DNA from: Rhynchobatus australiae
Taxonomy: Eukaryota
DNA: 64,000 nt
Assembly: GCA_034780895.1 (NCBI GenBank)
Contig: JAUZTB010000066.1
Span: 11,898,291-11,962,290, forward strand
Reading direction: 5' to 3'
Part shown: piece after piece, positions 52,035 to 64,000 of the stretch
Numbering within the stretch: the stretch's first letter is position 1
How the letters are laid out: each line of letters opens with the position of its first letter
Position numbers and translations under genes: made by a program
Notes under the pieces: model-generated
Told to the model about the DNA's origin: nothing
Databases searched by the model: none
Seen by the model: the letters and a program-made list of their open reading frames with translations, nothing else

Positions 52035-52786
52035 AACGAGATGCTGGAGGAACACAGCGGTCAGGCAGCATCTGTGGGAAAAAAACAGATGGTCAACGTT
52101 TTGGGTCAGGACCCTTCTTCAGTTCTGAAGATAGGAAAAGGAGAAGCCCAATATACAGGGGGGAGAAAACAGAGTAGTGATAGGTGGACGTGGGGTGGGG
52201 TGGGCACAGGGTGGTGATAGGTAGATGTAGGTAAGAGATAGTGATAGGCCACGGGGGATATGTTTTCCAAATGCAAACTGGGGAACAACACCTCATTTTC
52301 CGTCTCGGGACCTTGCAGCCTAACGAGATGAACATTGAATTTTACCACTTTAAGTAAACCAACCAACCCCCCACCTTGCCTCTTCTTTTCTTCCCTTTCC
52401 TAGCCTTTCTTTTTTCTCCTTGGTTTATTTTCTTTTCCCTTTCCTCCCCTCACCCCATGCTGCCTGCCTCCATACACTTCACCCATCCCCTGGTGGATCT
52501 GCTCTCCCCTCCTCCCCCGTACCTGCCTATCACTATCTCCTAACCTATTACTGCCTATCACCGCCTTGTGCCCATCCCACCTCCCTTCTTTTTGTCCACC
52601 TATCACTTCTGTTTCCCCCCCCAATATATTGGGCTTCCCCTTTTGCTATCCTCAGTCCTGGAGAAGGATCCTGACCCGAAATGTTGACCATCTGCTCTTT
52701 TCCACGGATGCTGCTTGACCTGCTGAATTCCTCCAGCTTCTTGTTTTTTTCATCTCGATTCCAGCATCTGCAGTCCTTTGTTTCTC
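52035..52786 (+). mobile_element. Penelope-like insertion with inverted 5' pLTR, GIY-YIG tail and pLTR
   Basis: 52035-52260 is a minus-orientation pLTR. It is followed by KCKLGEQHLIFRLGTLQPNEMNIEFYHF on plus and a plus pLTR ending ccagcatctgcagtcctttgtttctc. Confidence 0.85.
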
Positions 52787-54180
52787 CTCTTTTTATATAG
52801 AATCAGAGAATATACATGTAGCTGAGCTAGTATGTACTTCAGCCACTCAGAAGTAGGAAACAGTCTTTATAACGAGAGATAAATATAATGAACTTCACTT
52901 GTTTCAGCTGAAAGAACTGATTGTAGATGCTAAGAGCTGTTTGCTACCTTGCGGGACAGATTTAGTCACCTTTCATTATGTTTCATGGTAGTTTGTGGAA
53001 ACTTACACCACAGACTCGAAGTAACTCTAAAACAATACTTCTGGAACATTTGCAGCATGGATTCTGCACTGAATATATTTAACTCATTGGTGAAATTCTG
53101 CCTACATTATGCCTCTGCCTATTATACTATCTACATTATAACTATAAAGCTTATTTGTGCAGTTGCATGAATATAGCCTGATCAACAGAGCAGATAACTT
53201 AAAACGGTATAAATAAGAGGACAAAGTTCAATGTGACAAAGACATGATCGTGATGAAATTTCATACATTACAATACAGCACGTATTTTTCCATGTTTATT
53301 AATTCAGTTACGGCTAGTGTGTGTCCCATATACTGTCACAGTTCTATTCAGTGTAGCATCTGTGCCAAGGCAGAATCATTTTCTCAGGGTGCAACTGCAC
53401 AGGATGCAAATTGAATCAGTTAGAAGCCACAGAAAATTTACGTAGTGCTAGATTCAATGACAGGCAACACATTTTTCATGGAGAATGTGATTAGAATTGC
53501 AACCTTAAGCATTTCATGATGATCTGTAAATGCAAGGCCATGGGGAAAGGAATCATCTGATTCACAAGCATCACTCAGCCTTTGCCTTGGAAAAAAAAGT
53601 AATCTGAATTAGTCCAGCTAGTGAATTGCAATTTATTTGTTGAATTGGGTCTAAAGCAATGGCAATCTAAAATGAGTCACACAAACCTAACTTAATGCTT
53701 TGACATTTGTATCAAGTCTTTCAGGNNNNNNNNNNNNNNNNNNNNNNNNNNNNNNNNNNNNNNNNNNNNNNNNNNNNNNNNNNNNNNNNNNNNNNNNNNN
53801 CAGAATTCTGCAACAACTCTCCTTATGTCTCACAATACCAGCATTGCCAATCCTCCCATGAAAATGAAAGCTCCAAACTGTGTAATTATATTAACTGTAA
53901 TAAGTAAAAGAATTCGCTACCCTAGAGGATTGCAGAGGCTAGATCACTGGGGGAGTGGGGTTGGATTTAAAGAGAAAGTAAAGAGAAAAATCACAGAATT
54001 GAGGGGTAAGAGGAACTGCACAGAAGAGGGGATGAGGCCTGAAGCAGATCAGAAATAATTGTATTAAATGGCGGGGCAGATTTGGGGGAAAATCGAGTGG
54101 CTATTCCTGCTCCTACTTTCTTATATTATTATAATTTATTCCTACTATTGTGAGCCTCTGGCAGACCAGGGAGAACTCAC

Positions 54181-54313
54181 ATGGCTGCTTGCCTGTGTAA
54201 CCACTGCTGACAAGCACTGGAGTCCTGCAGGCACTGAAGCACATCTGTGAGCATGCAGCGCTTTAGACGTTCCTCTTCACGATGCACCTTCAAGCAGTCA
54301 TACACTTTGGCAC
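54181..54313 (-). CDS. TADA2A: TADA2A internal coding exon (133 nt), (G)AKVYDCLKVHREEERLKRCMLTDVLQCLQDSSACQQWLHRQAA
   Basis: Acceptor tttcatatctag and donor gtgagt. Matches TADA2A ARTYDHLKKTREEERLKRTMLSEVLQYIQDSSACQQWLRRQAD. Confidence 0.96.
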
Positions 54314-54505
54314 CTAGATATGAAAATATGATCAAATAACAGTATGTGAAAATTAAAGCTTGAACTATTACGGCCATCCAAGAAATAAAAATATTCTATT
54401 AACTTTCCAATAATTCTTTTTTTTAAACTTACATAGGAATAGATATACTTGTAATTAAGTCTAATTTATAGAAACTAAAAGGCAGCTTTAGAAAATAGAA
54501 ACAAT

Positions 54506-54802
54506 AGAGGAAGTGCCATCAGGAAAAAAGTTTGGTGAGACTGTTAGAGTGATGTTAAAATTTTACCAGTGGACAGATGAACAGCAGCACAGAATAAATT
54601 TAGTCTTTTCATCCATATAAATCTCCAAGTAAGCAAGATACTCCATCAGATGGAGCTGGTTATGGGAACAAAAATATTGCTTACAACAAATTTTGCTTAC
54701 TAAAGGAACGTGTACATTAGTAATAATCAGAAGGTAGTAAACCTCGATAATAGTCTACATGAATCAGATTTAAATGCATGTCATTTTGTTTTGCTTTTCT
54801 AA
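54506..54802 (+). repeat. Diverged direct duplication, copy 1 (partner 56025-56333), in a TADA2A intron
   Basis: Shared colinear blocks, e.g. cacagaataaatttagtcttttcatccatata, gttatgggaacaaaaatattgctta and catgaatcagatttaaatg. Confidence 0.9.
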
Positions 54803-56024
54803 CGTACTGACTTTTTTGACGATGAATTAAAAAATATCATACATTAACTTCAAATTTAAATCCTATAAGTTAGTCTATGTTTATAATGAATTAATTTAAT
54901 ACTAATTTTACCTTGGTCCTTTTGAGAATATAGGAATAAAAATGTAAGTAGAAACAGGAGTAAGCCAAAAAGTTCACGGCTGACCCTCTACCTTCTCTAC
55001 TTTTCTGTCCAATCACCAGAGCCCTCTATTTCCTTTGAGTCCAAAAATCTCAACCTCAGCCCTGAAAATACTTCACAACTGAACATCCTCAACTACTTGG
55101 GATGGAGAATTCCATAAATTCATAACCCATTGAGCAACAATGTTGCATGTCTCAGTCTCAAACAGCCAACCCATTATCCTGAGATTATGCCTCCAGTTTT
55201 AAAGGCCATGAAAGTAAAATGCCATCCAGTGGTGAGAACTTTGGACTGTACCCTCACTCTAACTCTATAGCTATCACAGAAATGAGAGTAAAGATCAATG
55301 CAATTTAAAATATTTATAAATCACTCATTTGTTCAATGTTTCTGAAAAATGAATTTAATTAAAAGGTTACATTTCTCAGTTTTTACAAAGGTATAATGTA
55401 TTTGAATTCTGATTTCTACACTTTTCTGATTGTTGTACCAAACTTCTATTAAAAGTTAATTTAAAATGGATTTTGATCTTTCTCTTATTCTGCTATATGT
55501 GACAAATGGATCTGAACCACAGTTTGATGCATGTTAAAAAAAAGCTCTGCTGGGAAATACACCAGAAAATATATACTGATGGCTGTGATTAACATTGCAG
55601 TGAAGCAAAAAAAATTGTGCCTCTGAGCATCAAGTTGAGGAGATGATTTTAAATTGTGCATTCCCTGCAGAGTGATGTTGCGTAATAAAGCTGAAAACGC
55701 CAATGCTAATTGGTCATCAAACACAGCAAGAGGAAGGGATAAACTAACTGAAGAGAGAAGGGAAATTCACCAAATGAGCTACCCTACTCCAACCTGGTAC
55801 ATCAGTGGCTATTATAGTGAGTATGGTGTGAATGATACTCGTCAACCTTGGTCTTTGAGCTTATCAGCAAGGTGCATGATATAGGATACCTCAAAAGAAG
55901 CAAGGCCATGGCACAGGTATATGAAAAGTGTACAGATTGCTTCTGTTTCAAACTTGATACACACCAGATGAGCAGCAGACTTTTAGAATTCAGGTGGGCT
56001 ATTGATTCCTACAAATTGTTTTAC

Positions 56025-56333
56025 AGAGGAAGTGCTATGAAGAAAAAAGTTTGATGACACTGTTAAAGTGATGTTAAGATTTTACCAGCAGACAGATGAA
56101 CTAACAGCACCACAGAATAAATTTAGTCTTTTCATCCATATACATCTCCAAATTAAGTAAGCAAGATATTGTCCAATCAGATGGAGCCAGTTATGGGAAC
56201 AAAAATATTGCTTATGCCAAGTTCTGGTTATAAAAGGAACAGGCACATTGGTGACAATCAGAAGGTACTGAACCTTGATAATAGTCTGCATGAATCAGAT
56301 TTAAATGAATATTATTTTGTTTTGCTTTTCTAA
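56025..56333 (+). repeat. Diverged direct duplication, copy 2
   Basis: Colinear with 54506-54802, with scattered substitutions and small indels. Confidence 0.9.
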
Positions 56334-56587
56334 TTTAGAAACAGATTTTTAAAAAAGCTGCGACTAGAACTAGAATTCACTGCAAAGCTTTAATTTGCAT
56401 ATATTATGTAAAAATATATTATGCAAAAATATATTATGCACACATGCACATTAACATTATTTCATGGTACATTAACTGGATAAGATTCTCTTTATAGAAC
56501 AGTTTTCCTCTCTCTTCCAACATGCATGTATTTACAAGGTTATTATGAGAAACAATCCTTATTGAATAGCATTCCCAAATAATTCAC

Positions 56588-56659
56588 CACGGAATGTGAA
56601 GATTCCTGCCCGTCTGTATTCTTGCAATCGCTTGATTTCCTTCCGGAGTTCAAAATCCA
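56588..56659 (-). CDS. TADA2A: TADA2A internal coding exon (72 nt), (L)DFELRKEIKRLQEYRRAGIFTFR
   Basis: Acceptor tttttcacag and donor gtgaat. Matches TADA2A LEFELRREIKRLQEYRTAGITNF; phase 1 to phase 1. Confidence 0.95.
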
Positions 56660-57642
56660 CTGTGAAAAAAAGATATGTCAGAAGTGGAATTTTGTAATTT
56701 AATTTGTGNNNNNNNNNNNNNNNNNNNNNNNNNNNNNNNNNNNNNNNNNNNNNNNNNNNNNNNNNNNNNNNNNNNNNNNNNNNNNNNNNNNNNNNNNNNN
56801 NNNNNNNNNNNNNNNNNNNNNNNNNNNNNNNNNNNNNNNNNNNNNNNNNNNNNNNNNNNNNNNNNNNNNNNNNNNNNNNNNNNNNNNNNNNNNNNNNNNN
56901 NNNNNNNNNNNNNNNNNNNNNNNNNNNNNNNNNNNNNNNNNNNNNNNNNNNNNNNNNNNNNNNNNNNNNNNNNNNNNNNNNNNNNNNNNNNNNNNNNNNN
57001 NNNNNNNNNNNNNNNNNNNNNNNNNNNNNNNNNNNNNNNNNNNNNNNNNNNNNNNNNNNNNNNNNNNNNNNNNNNNNNNNNNNNNNNNNNNNNNNNNNNN
57101 NNNNNNNNNNNNNNNNNNNNNNNNNNNNNNNNNNNNNNNNNNNNNNNNNNNNNNNNNNNNNNNNNNNNNNNNNNNNNNNNNNNNNNNNNNNNNNNNNNNN
57201 NNNNNNNNNNNNNNNNNNNNNNNNNNNNNNNNNNNNNNNNNNNNNNNNNNNNNNNNNNNNNNNNNNNNNNNNNNNNNNNNNNNNNNNNNNNNNNNNNNNN
57301 NNNNNNNNNNNNNNNNNNNNNNNNNNNNNNNNNNNNNNNNNNNNNNNNNNNNNNNNNNNNNNNNNNNNNNCCACGTGTCTGCTCCAACTACCTTTTCATG
57401 ATAGTTTGTACTCCTGGGATCCAATGTAATGCAAAATTGGTTGATAAAATTTCCTATTTTGTGCCCTAAAGAACAAATCTATTGGTCTGTGTGCATACTA
57501 AGGCACAAAAAGCTACAAAAATCACTAGTAAAAAGAGATATTCTGATTATGATCAATAATGTGCAATGGAACATACTTTTATCTCACCTTTAAAAGGCAA
57601 CTATCAGGGGGAAAAAAACAAATGAATACAAGTACCACGTAC

Positions 57643-57753
57643 ACGTATGGCTTTCAATAAATTTATCATGTTCTGTAGGTCCCAATAGTCTTGCAAAGTG
57701 TCTCATTGCTTCATAGAGCTCTTGAACTTCTTTAGGATATCTTCTTTCAAGAA
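57643..57753 (-). CDS. TADA2A: TADA2A internal coding exon (111 nt), (I)LERRYPKEVQELYEAMRHFARLLGPTEHDKFIESHT
   Basis: Acceptor ataattgcag and donor gtacgt. The translation lies within ORF 57590..57817 and matches TADA2A LMERRYPKEVQDLYETMRRFARIVGPVEHDKFIESHA. Confidence 0.96.
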
Positions 57754-58249
57754 CTGCAATTATAGAAACAAATAATTCTGAATGTATATTCTCAATGGTT
57801 ATGTGGTGCAACTGCAATTATCCCAGGAAAAGCTTTATTGCAATGCCCAAAGCTTTTGCGTGCTACCATTTATTAATTAGCTCCAAAAGGTCCAATGGTT
57901 CCTTACCTGCATAGAAATCCTTGAAGCATTCAGGAATAATCAATGTGTTTCAATGACTCAACCATCAAGCATTATTTTTTTTTTAAATCAATTGCTGGTG
58001 AGTCACTAATGACTTCTGGGACTGGAAATGCATCAGTCCTACATTTTCTGCTTTCTTTCATTTCTCTCTAAATATTTTTCATTCTTTTGCTTGATGCACA
58101 CTTCACTGAGGCCTGCTGTTTTAAGTACCTCAGTATTAAGCTGTTTTCATTATCTTTCTCTATTACTTCTGATTATTCTTTTTCAGTATCCATATAACGG
58201 ATATTCCTTTATTAAAAGACCAACAAGCTGGAAACCAACATAAATAGGA

Positions 58250-59220
58250 AAGGCTAACATGGGTGTCAGGCACTTCGGAGACAAAGGCCATTTGGAAGAT
58301 GGAAGAATCCAACAACAGGAACCATTTCTCTCTGCTTCTCCTTCATCACAAACGTTCTACCATCTTTAGCATTTCTCTCTTCTTTCTTATCAGTGACATC
58401 TTGCTTTCTCTCTACTGCCTTCAACTTCATGTTCCCATGCAACCACAGGAGATGCAACATTTGATCTTTCACCCCTTCCTTTCCCACCATTTAGGGAACC
58501 AAATAGTCCTTCCAGGTGGGCGAAGCAGTGATTCACTTGCAGTTCTTGCAACCTACTGCACAACATTTGGTGTTCACAATATGTCCTCTACACTGGAGAA
58601 ACCAAACACAGGTTGGGTGATTGCTTTGTGGAGCAGCAGCATTCAGACTGCAAGAGTAACAGAGTTTCCAGTTGCCTGGGTACTTTAATTCACCAACCCA
58701 CTCCCACTCTGACCATGGCCTCCTGCAATGTTACAACGAGGCCTAATGTAGGCTTGAGGAACAGCATCTCACCTTCCATTTGGGCATGTTACACCCTTCC
58801 AGACTCAATATTGAACTCTCCACCTTCAGGTAACTTGCTGTCTCTCTCTGACTGTATCAGAACTGGCCATTTCTGCCTGTCGTCATTATGGGTCTGCTTT
58901 TCTTATTCTATTCATACAGTTTGGCTTGCTGGACATGTCCCATAGCCTCATCAATAACACATTAAACAGACAAAAAAGCTCAATGTGTGGGCAACTGCCC
59001 ACATTGAACTATTTGGACTTGCCCTATCAGAGATATCCCTATACCCCCCCCTACCTTCTCCAGTACTGAAAACTAACCTTTTAATCTCTCTCAGTTCTTA
59101 TGAAGGTTCCCGGACCTGAAATGTTAACTGTTTCTCTTTCCACAGAAGCTGCCTGACATTCTGAACATTTCTAGTATTTTCTTTTTTATTTCAGATTTCC
59201 AGCATCTGCAGTTTTTTTGA
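58250..59220 (+). mobile_element. Decayed Penelope-like element in a TADA2A intron
   Basis: IWCSQYVLYTGETKHRLGDCFVEQ (GIY-YIG) near 58565, a hammerhead-like motif at 59092-59130, and the tail tcagatttccagcatctgcag. Confidence 0.8.
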
Positions 59221-60329
59221 CTTTCATTGGTTGATTTCCCTCCCCACCCTCAATAGGATCCCTCTCAACCTAACCCAACAGGGCTCTTTCAAAATATTAA
59301 AAGATTTATATAAGGTATGAACATGCCCTATTTGCTATCAAGTTTCTTTAAAATTGTAAATGCCAGATCCATTGTGATATTGAAAGTTAATACAGAAGTA
59401 CTAATTTANNNNNNNNNNNNNNNNNNNNNNNNNNNNNNNNNNNNNNNNNNNNNNNNNNNNNNNNNNNNNNNNNNNNNNNNNNNNNNNNNNNNNNNNNNNN
59501 NNNNNNNNNNNNNNNNNNNNNNNNNNNNNNNNNNNNNNNNNNNNNNNNNNNNNNNNNNNNNNNNNNNNNNNNNNNNNNNNNNNNNNNNNNNNNNNNNNNN
59601 NNNNNNNNNNNNNNNNNNNNNNNNNNNNNNNNNNNNNNNNNNNNNNNNNNNNNNNNNNNNNNNNNNNNNNNNNNNNNNNNNNNNNNNNNNNNNNNNNNNN
59701 NNNNNNNNNNNNNNNNNNNNNNNNNNNNNNNNNNNNNNNNNNNNNNNNNNNNNNNNNNNNNNNNNNNNNNNNNNNNNNNNNNNNNNNNNCATCTGCTGTG
59801 AAAGACATTCTGATGACATGCTAAACATCAGAAATCTTTTTATGGTTGCTTGCCCTGCTGTGTATTTTCAGTATTTTCTGTGTTTAGTTTTTTAACTTAC
59901 AAATACATTTAAAACAAAATAATGCAACGTGAAAGGAAAACTGATTGCCATTTTGTAGAAACACAGATAACCAATTTATAATACGCACCTTAATTGGTTG
60001 ACAAACTAACTTTAGCTCAGGGAATCATTTCATAACAACAGAATATCTTCTGTAGTTGATTTACCATGACCTATTTTCAAAATCATTGCCCAGTCAGATT
60101 ATTAAATACCGATATTACTAACTATTAAAACCTGTTGTAAAATAAGCTTGCTTTAGTTTTAAAATTAAGAAAATAGTACATAAATGAATAGAATGGCATA
60201 GGTATCCTTAACTGACTAATGTTCAACAATTTGCAATAACATACATATTGTGTGTTAAAGCATTTTGCTTTGCAAGCTGGAGGCATAATGAGATTAAACG
60301 ATGAAGCAGTTATAACCAAGGATCTAACA

Positions 60330-61490
60330 ACATTTAGAGAGACAGGATCTGATTCAGAACAGTCAGCATGGCTTTGTGCGTGAGAAGTTAAGTCTGTTAA
60401 ATCTCTTTGAGAGTAACCCAGAGGGTAATGATGGTAGGGTAGTGGATGTTGTCTATATGGACTTTGATAAGGTCCATTATGGCAGGCTAGTCTGGAAGGT
60501 TTGATTCCATGGGATCCAGAGGGAGATGGCGGATTGATTCGTAATTGGATCTGTTGTAGGAAGCAGAGGGTGATGATTGAGGGCTGTTTCTCGGGCTGGA
60601 TGCCAGCGTCCAGTGGTGTGCCACAGGGGTTGATGCTGGGACCTTTGTTGTTTGTAATTTATATAAATGATTTGGATATGAATGTACAAGGCATGGTTAG
60701 TAACTTTGCAGATGATACTAAAATAAATGGTGTTGTAGATAGTTTAGAAGGTTATGTAAAATTACAGGGGGATCTTGATCAGCTATGTATATGGACTGAG
60801 GATTGGCAAATGGCTTTCAATCCCAATAAATGTGAGATATTGTATTTTGGGAAATCAAACCAGTGTAGGACTTCATTGGTCAGGGCATTGAGTAAAGGAG
60901 TTGGGAAGTTAAGTTGCAGTTATATAAGAAGTTGTTGAGGCCACACTTGAAGTATTGTGTACAGTTTTGGTCACCCTGTTATAGGAAAGATGTTATTAAA
61001 CTGGAAAGAGTACAGAAAAGATTTACCAGGATATTGTCTGGAGCTGAGGGCCTGAATTACAAGGAGAGGTTGCATAGACTAGGATTTTATACCCTGGAAT
61101 GTTTGAGATTGAGGGTTGATCTGATAGAGATATACAAGATCATGAGGGGCATAGAAAGGGTGAAAGCACATATTCTTTTTCCCCCAGAGAGAGGGGTGCT
61201 AAGAATAAGAGAGAATAGGTTTAAGATCAGAGGTGAGAGATTTAAAAGAGACATCAGGGGCAGCTTCTTCATGCAAAGNNNNNNNNNNNNNNNNNNNNNN
61301 NNNNNNNNNNNNNNNNNNNNNNNNNNNNNNNNNNNNNNNNNNNNNNNNNNNNNNNNNNNNNNATGGATAGGAGATATTAGAGGGTGATAGGGCAAACATG
61401 AGCAGATGGGACTAGCTGGGCGACACAGTCAGCACAGACCAGTTGGGCCGAAAGGCCTGTTTCTATGCTATGTGACTCCATGACTCTAAG
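60330..61490 (+). mobile_element. CR1/HER1-type LINE 3' portion (reverse transcriptase remnant plus tail), antisense in a TADA2A intron
   Basis: ORFs with SGVPQGLMLGPLLFVIYINDLD, FADDTK and [31 protein letters not shown]; tail gggccgaaaggcctgtttctatgctatgtgactccatgactct. Confidence 0.93.
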
Positions 61491-62480
61491 CAGATTCAAA
61501 GAAAGAAGTGGAAAGTGTAGAGACTGACAACCCGGGGAATCTCCAAACAGTGGGACCCAAATGACAAAAGAAATGGCCAACAATAGGGAGGCAAAAGTGA
61601 ATGTGGCTTATTGAGCTGAAACAGGCTATTATGTGCCAACCAAAGAGGAATTTAGACAAAAGATACAAATATGAGGATCAATATGAGCAGGAAGCACAGG
61701 AATGACTGGTGAATGGAACTTGGTGCAGAACAGAACCTGGGCAGAAAAAAAATAATTCAATGAATACAAGGTCAGAGTGTAGATGAAAAGTTAATCAGGA
61801 TATCAAAGAAATAGTCAAGTCCAGAAAGGACAAAGGCATGGATGAAAATAAGGGCAATGCAAGACAAAAGGTGATAGAAAAGGTAATGGAAAATGAAAGT
61901 TTAGAGAATTTAGAACTCTTTAATGTTTGTTTTACCTTGATTATAAAACTAATATTAGCATGCCCATCTTAATTTAACACTACATTAATGGACTTGGACA
62001 GCAACTATCTACAGCTAAAGGTCTATTTGACAGTATGATGGCCAAAGGAATTAACAGATTTAAAAACTCAGAGATATGCACAGAAGGATTAGACTATAAT
62101 AAATGTGACCAGATTTGTACAAAACTTTCCCACACAAAATTCTTGATTTATCCCCTGTAATTAATAAAGCACCACAATAATACTGTACTATGTGGAAACT
62201 GCATTTATTATTTCATTCATTATTTGGGCCCCAAAACAATTGCTAAGATACATCACAACTTATTCCAGATAAAAAAAACAAAAACTAGCCAATAGCAATG
62301 AATCATTATTAGCTGATGTACTTCTTCACCAACAATGTGAAGACCTGTGATAACATTTTCTTTTACTTTAAGAATAACTTGGAAAAGGTGCAGTTCCCTA
62401 TGAAACTTGATTACTCCCCATTCAGATCCGTAACACTATAAGCTTGCATCCAGAGATACTGGTTGCTTGTGTATACTTAC

Positions 62481-62524
62481 TTTGAAATTTTCTGAGGTTA
62501 ATCAGCCCATGGTCTCTCAGAATT
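62481..62524 (-). CDS. TADA2A: TADA2A internal coding exon (44 nt), ILRDHGLINLRKFQ
   Basis: Minus strand reads ttgcattctacag|A ATT CTG AGA GAC CAT GGG CTG ATT AAC CTC AGA AAA TTT CAA A|gtaagt. This matches the recalled vertebrate TADA2A segment IIRDHGLINLRKFQ, and its phase joins the next exon. Confidence 0.93.
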
Positions 62525-64000
62525 CTGTAGAATGCAAAATTCACCAGTCAGAAATTACCTTCTACATTACTGGTATAATCAAATGATTTCTGGATTAATA
62601 GGAGTTGTACATTGTCACCATTTTCACCAATAAAAGCTTTCTCCTCCAAAACATTTATAAACTATATAATCAAGTTCTCTGCAGTAATAAAGAAAACAAA
62701 ATGGCTCATAAGTGAGGTAGGTATAGGTGGGAATACAACTTACCACTTTAATATACTTCGGGGTTCAAATACATATTACACAGCCTTTTCAAAATTGGCT
62801 TTTACAGAGATAAAATATTCTGTATGGGTTAGGGAAGCATTGTGTGAAAGGGCTATGGTGTGGAGCAGATGATCTGTTGGTCAGAGTTTAAATTGGATAA
62901 TCTATTTTGCAGTCACTAGAGAACACTCCAAGCTTAATCTCACAAAATTCATACAGTGTGCTCTAGTTGGGAAATAATTTTGCACAATAAGCACTGGAAG
63001 CTCTGAGATTCAACTGTGAAAATGCCAATTTCTGAGCAGACTAGAATACCACTGCATGCATTTTAGTGCATTGACTTATCAGTGTGCGAGTGGTAACAAA
63101 AAGTGGTATGCTCACAGATGGATCAGTACATTGCAACGTTTATTCAATGCTGAGGCATTCCCTATAGTAAGAAACGTCCCAATATCTCATTAGCAATGGT
63201 GTGGTCTGGGATATCCTAAAGTCAAGAAGAGCATTATATAAATGCAAGTTTGTTTTTTTTCTTCCCAAATGGCATTTAGGCTGTAGACATCCCCAGAACT
63301 AAAGAAGAATGCTGAGCATAAGTCAAAGACTCTTGACATTTTTTTGTGGGTTACAATACCAAAGTATGAAATGAGAATACACTTCAAAAGAAATAAATCA
63401 AAAACAAAATCAGAAGGTAATTTATCTTCAGCTGCTCTCTATCTGGGAAAAGATGTAGATCATGGAACTGGAATTTATGAGATTGGGCTAGAAGCACTCC
63501 AGCATTATGTGTTCTTTTATTCTGGTTTATAAAAAGTTACATTAGTTTCAGCAACAGTCAGATTCATAAACATCAAGGACAAGAAATTAGTTTTGCAATT
63601 TCCTATTTTTCTGCCTGGATTCGTGGAATAGGTCCAGGGGATAGGCCTGTCTGGTCCACCTGCACACATCACCCTGCTAATGTTCTGTCTAACCGCACTC
63701 ACTTTGTGAGTCTGCTGCAGGACCTTCACTCTGTGGGATCCTTTTACCTACACTATTAATGTTCCAATCTTGACTGGCCAAAGAACCATCTGAATGGTTC
63801 ATTCAGGAAGAGGCAGCGGTACTGTGAAACTCCCGTACATGGGCTGCCTCAGGTGCCCCAGAGACGACTGATTTTTGATTGGATCTTTCATATAAAAACC
63901 CTTTCTTATCAACAGAGTCTCAGTGCTCTTAAAACAAGCATAAGGGAGGTTTGGTTATTGATAAGGTGGAAAGAGGCACAGGAGATGTGGGAGTGGAGTA

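Noticed and set aside
60501-61387. ORFs with reverse transcriptase motifs
   Set aside because: These are frameshifted remnants of a CR1 LINE, not a host gene, retron or intact element.
47022-62480. Possible U12-type intron in TADA2A
   Set aside because: All six donors are U2-type (gtaagt, gtacgt, gtgaat, gtgagt, gtgagt, gtacag); none is GTATCC or ATATCC.
1-64000. CRISPR arrays, operons or prokaryotic defence systems
   Set aside because: The DNA is vertebrate and intron- and TE-rich, with no regularly spaced repeats or dense ORF clusters.

Overview
Eukaryotic (vertebrate) genomic DNA, almost certainly a cartilaginous fish (shark/ray), judged from its HE1-type V-SINEs, HER1/CR1 LINEs and abundant Penelope-like elements. 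The N runs behave like assembly gaps: many are exactly 100 nt and one interrupts a coding exon. The only protein-coding gene I can support is the 3' half of TADA2A (ADA2a, ATAC complex) on the minus strand. It has seven exons from 62524 down to about 46.8 kb, with consistent GT-AG phases; most of the last exon is hidden in a gap, and the 5' exons lie beyond the window. A CpG-rich promoter-like region at about 19.8-21.0 kb and several candidate minus-strand non-coding exons fit the 5' end of the next gene (DUSP14 by mammalian synteny; inference only). The rest is mostly decayed transposable elements: CR1, RTE and Rex1 LINE fragments, tRNA-derived SINEs, Tigger-like MITEs, Penelope-like elements carrying degenerate minimal hammerhead-ribozyme motifs, and an ancient two-LTR Gypsy element (29483-34561) with nested insertions. 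I found no convincing novel multi-gene system. The most notable observations are the hammerhead motifs, a probable inversion or misjoin at 41.5-42.5 kb, a diverged intronic duplication, and an unexplained ORF/exon at 24.1-24.4 kb.
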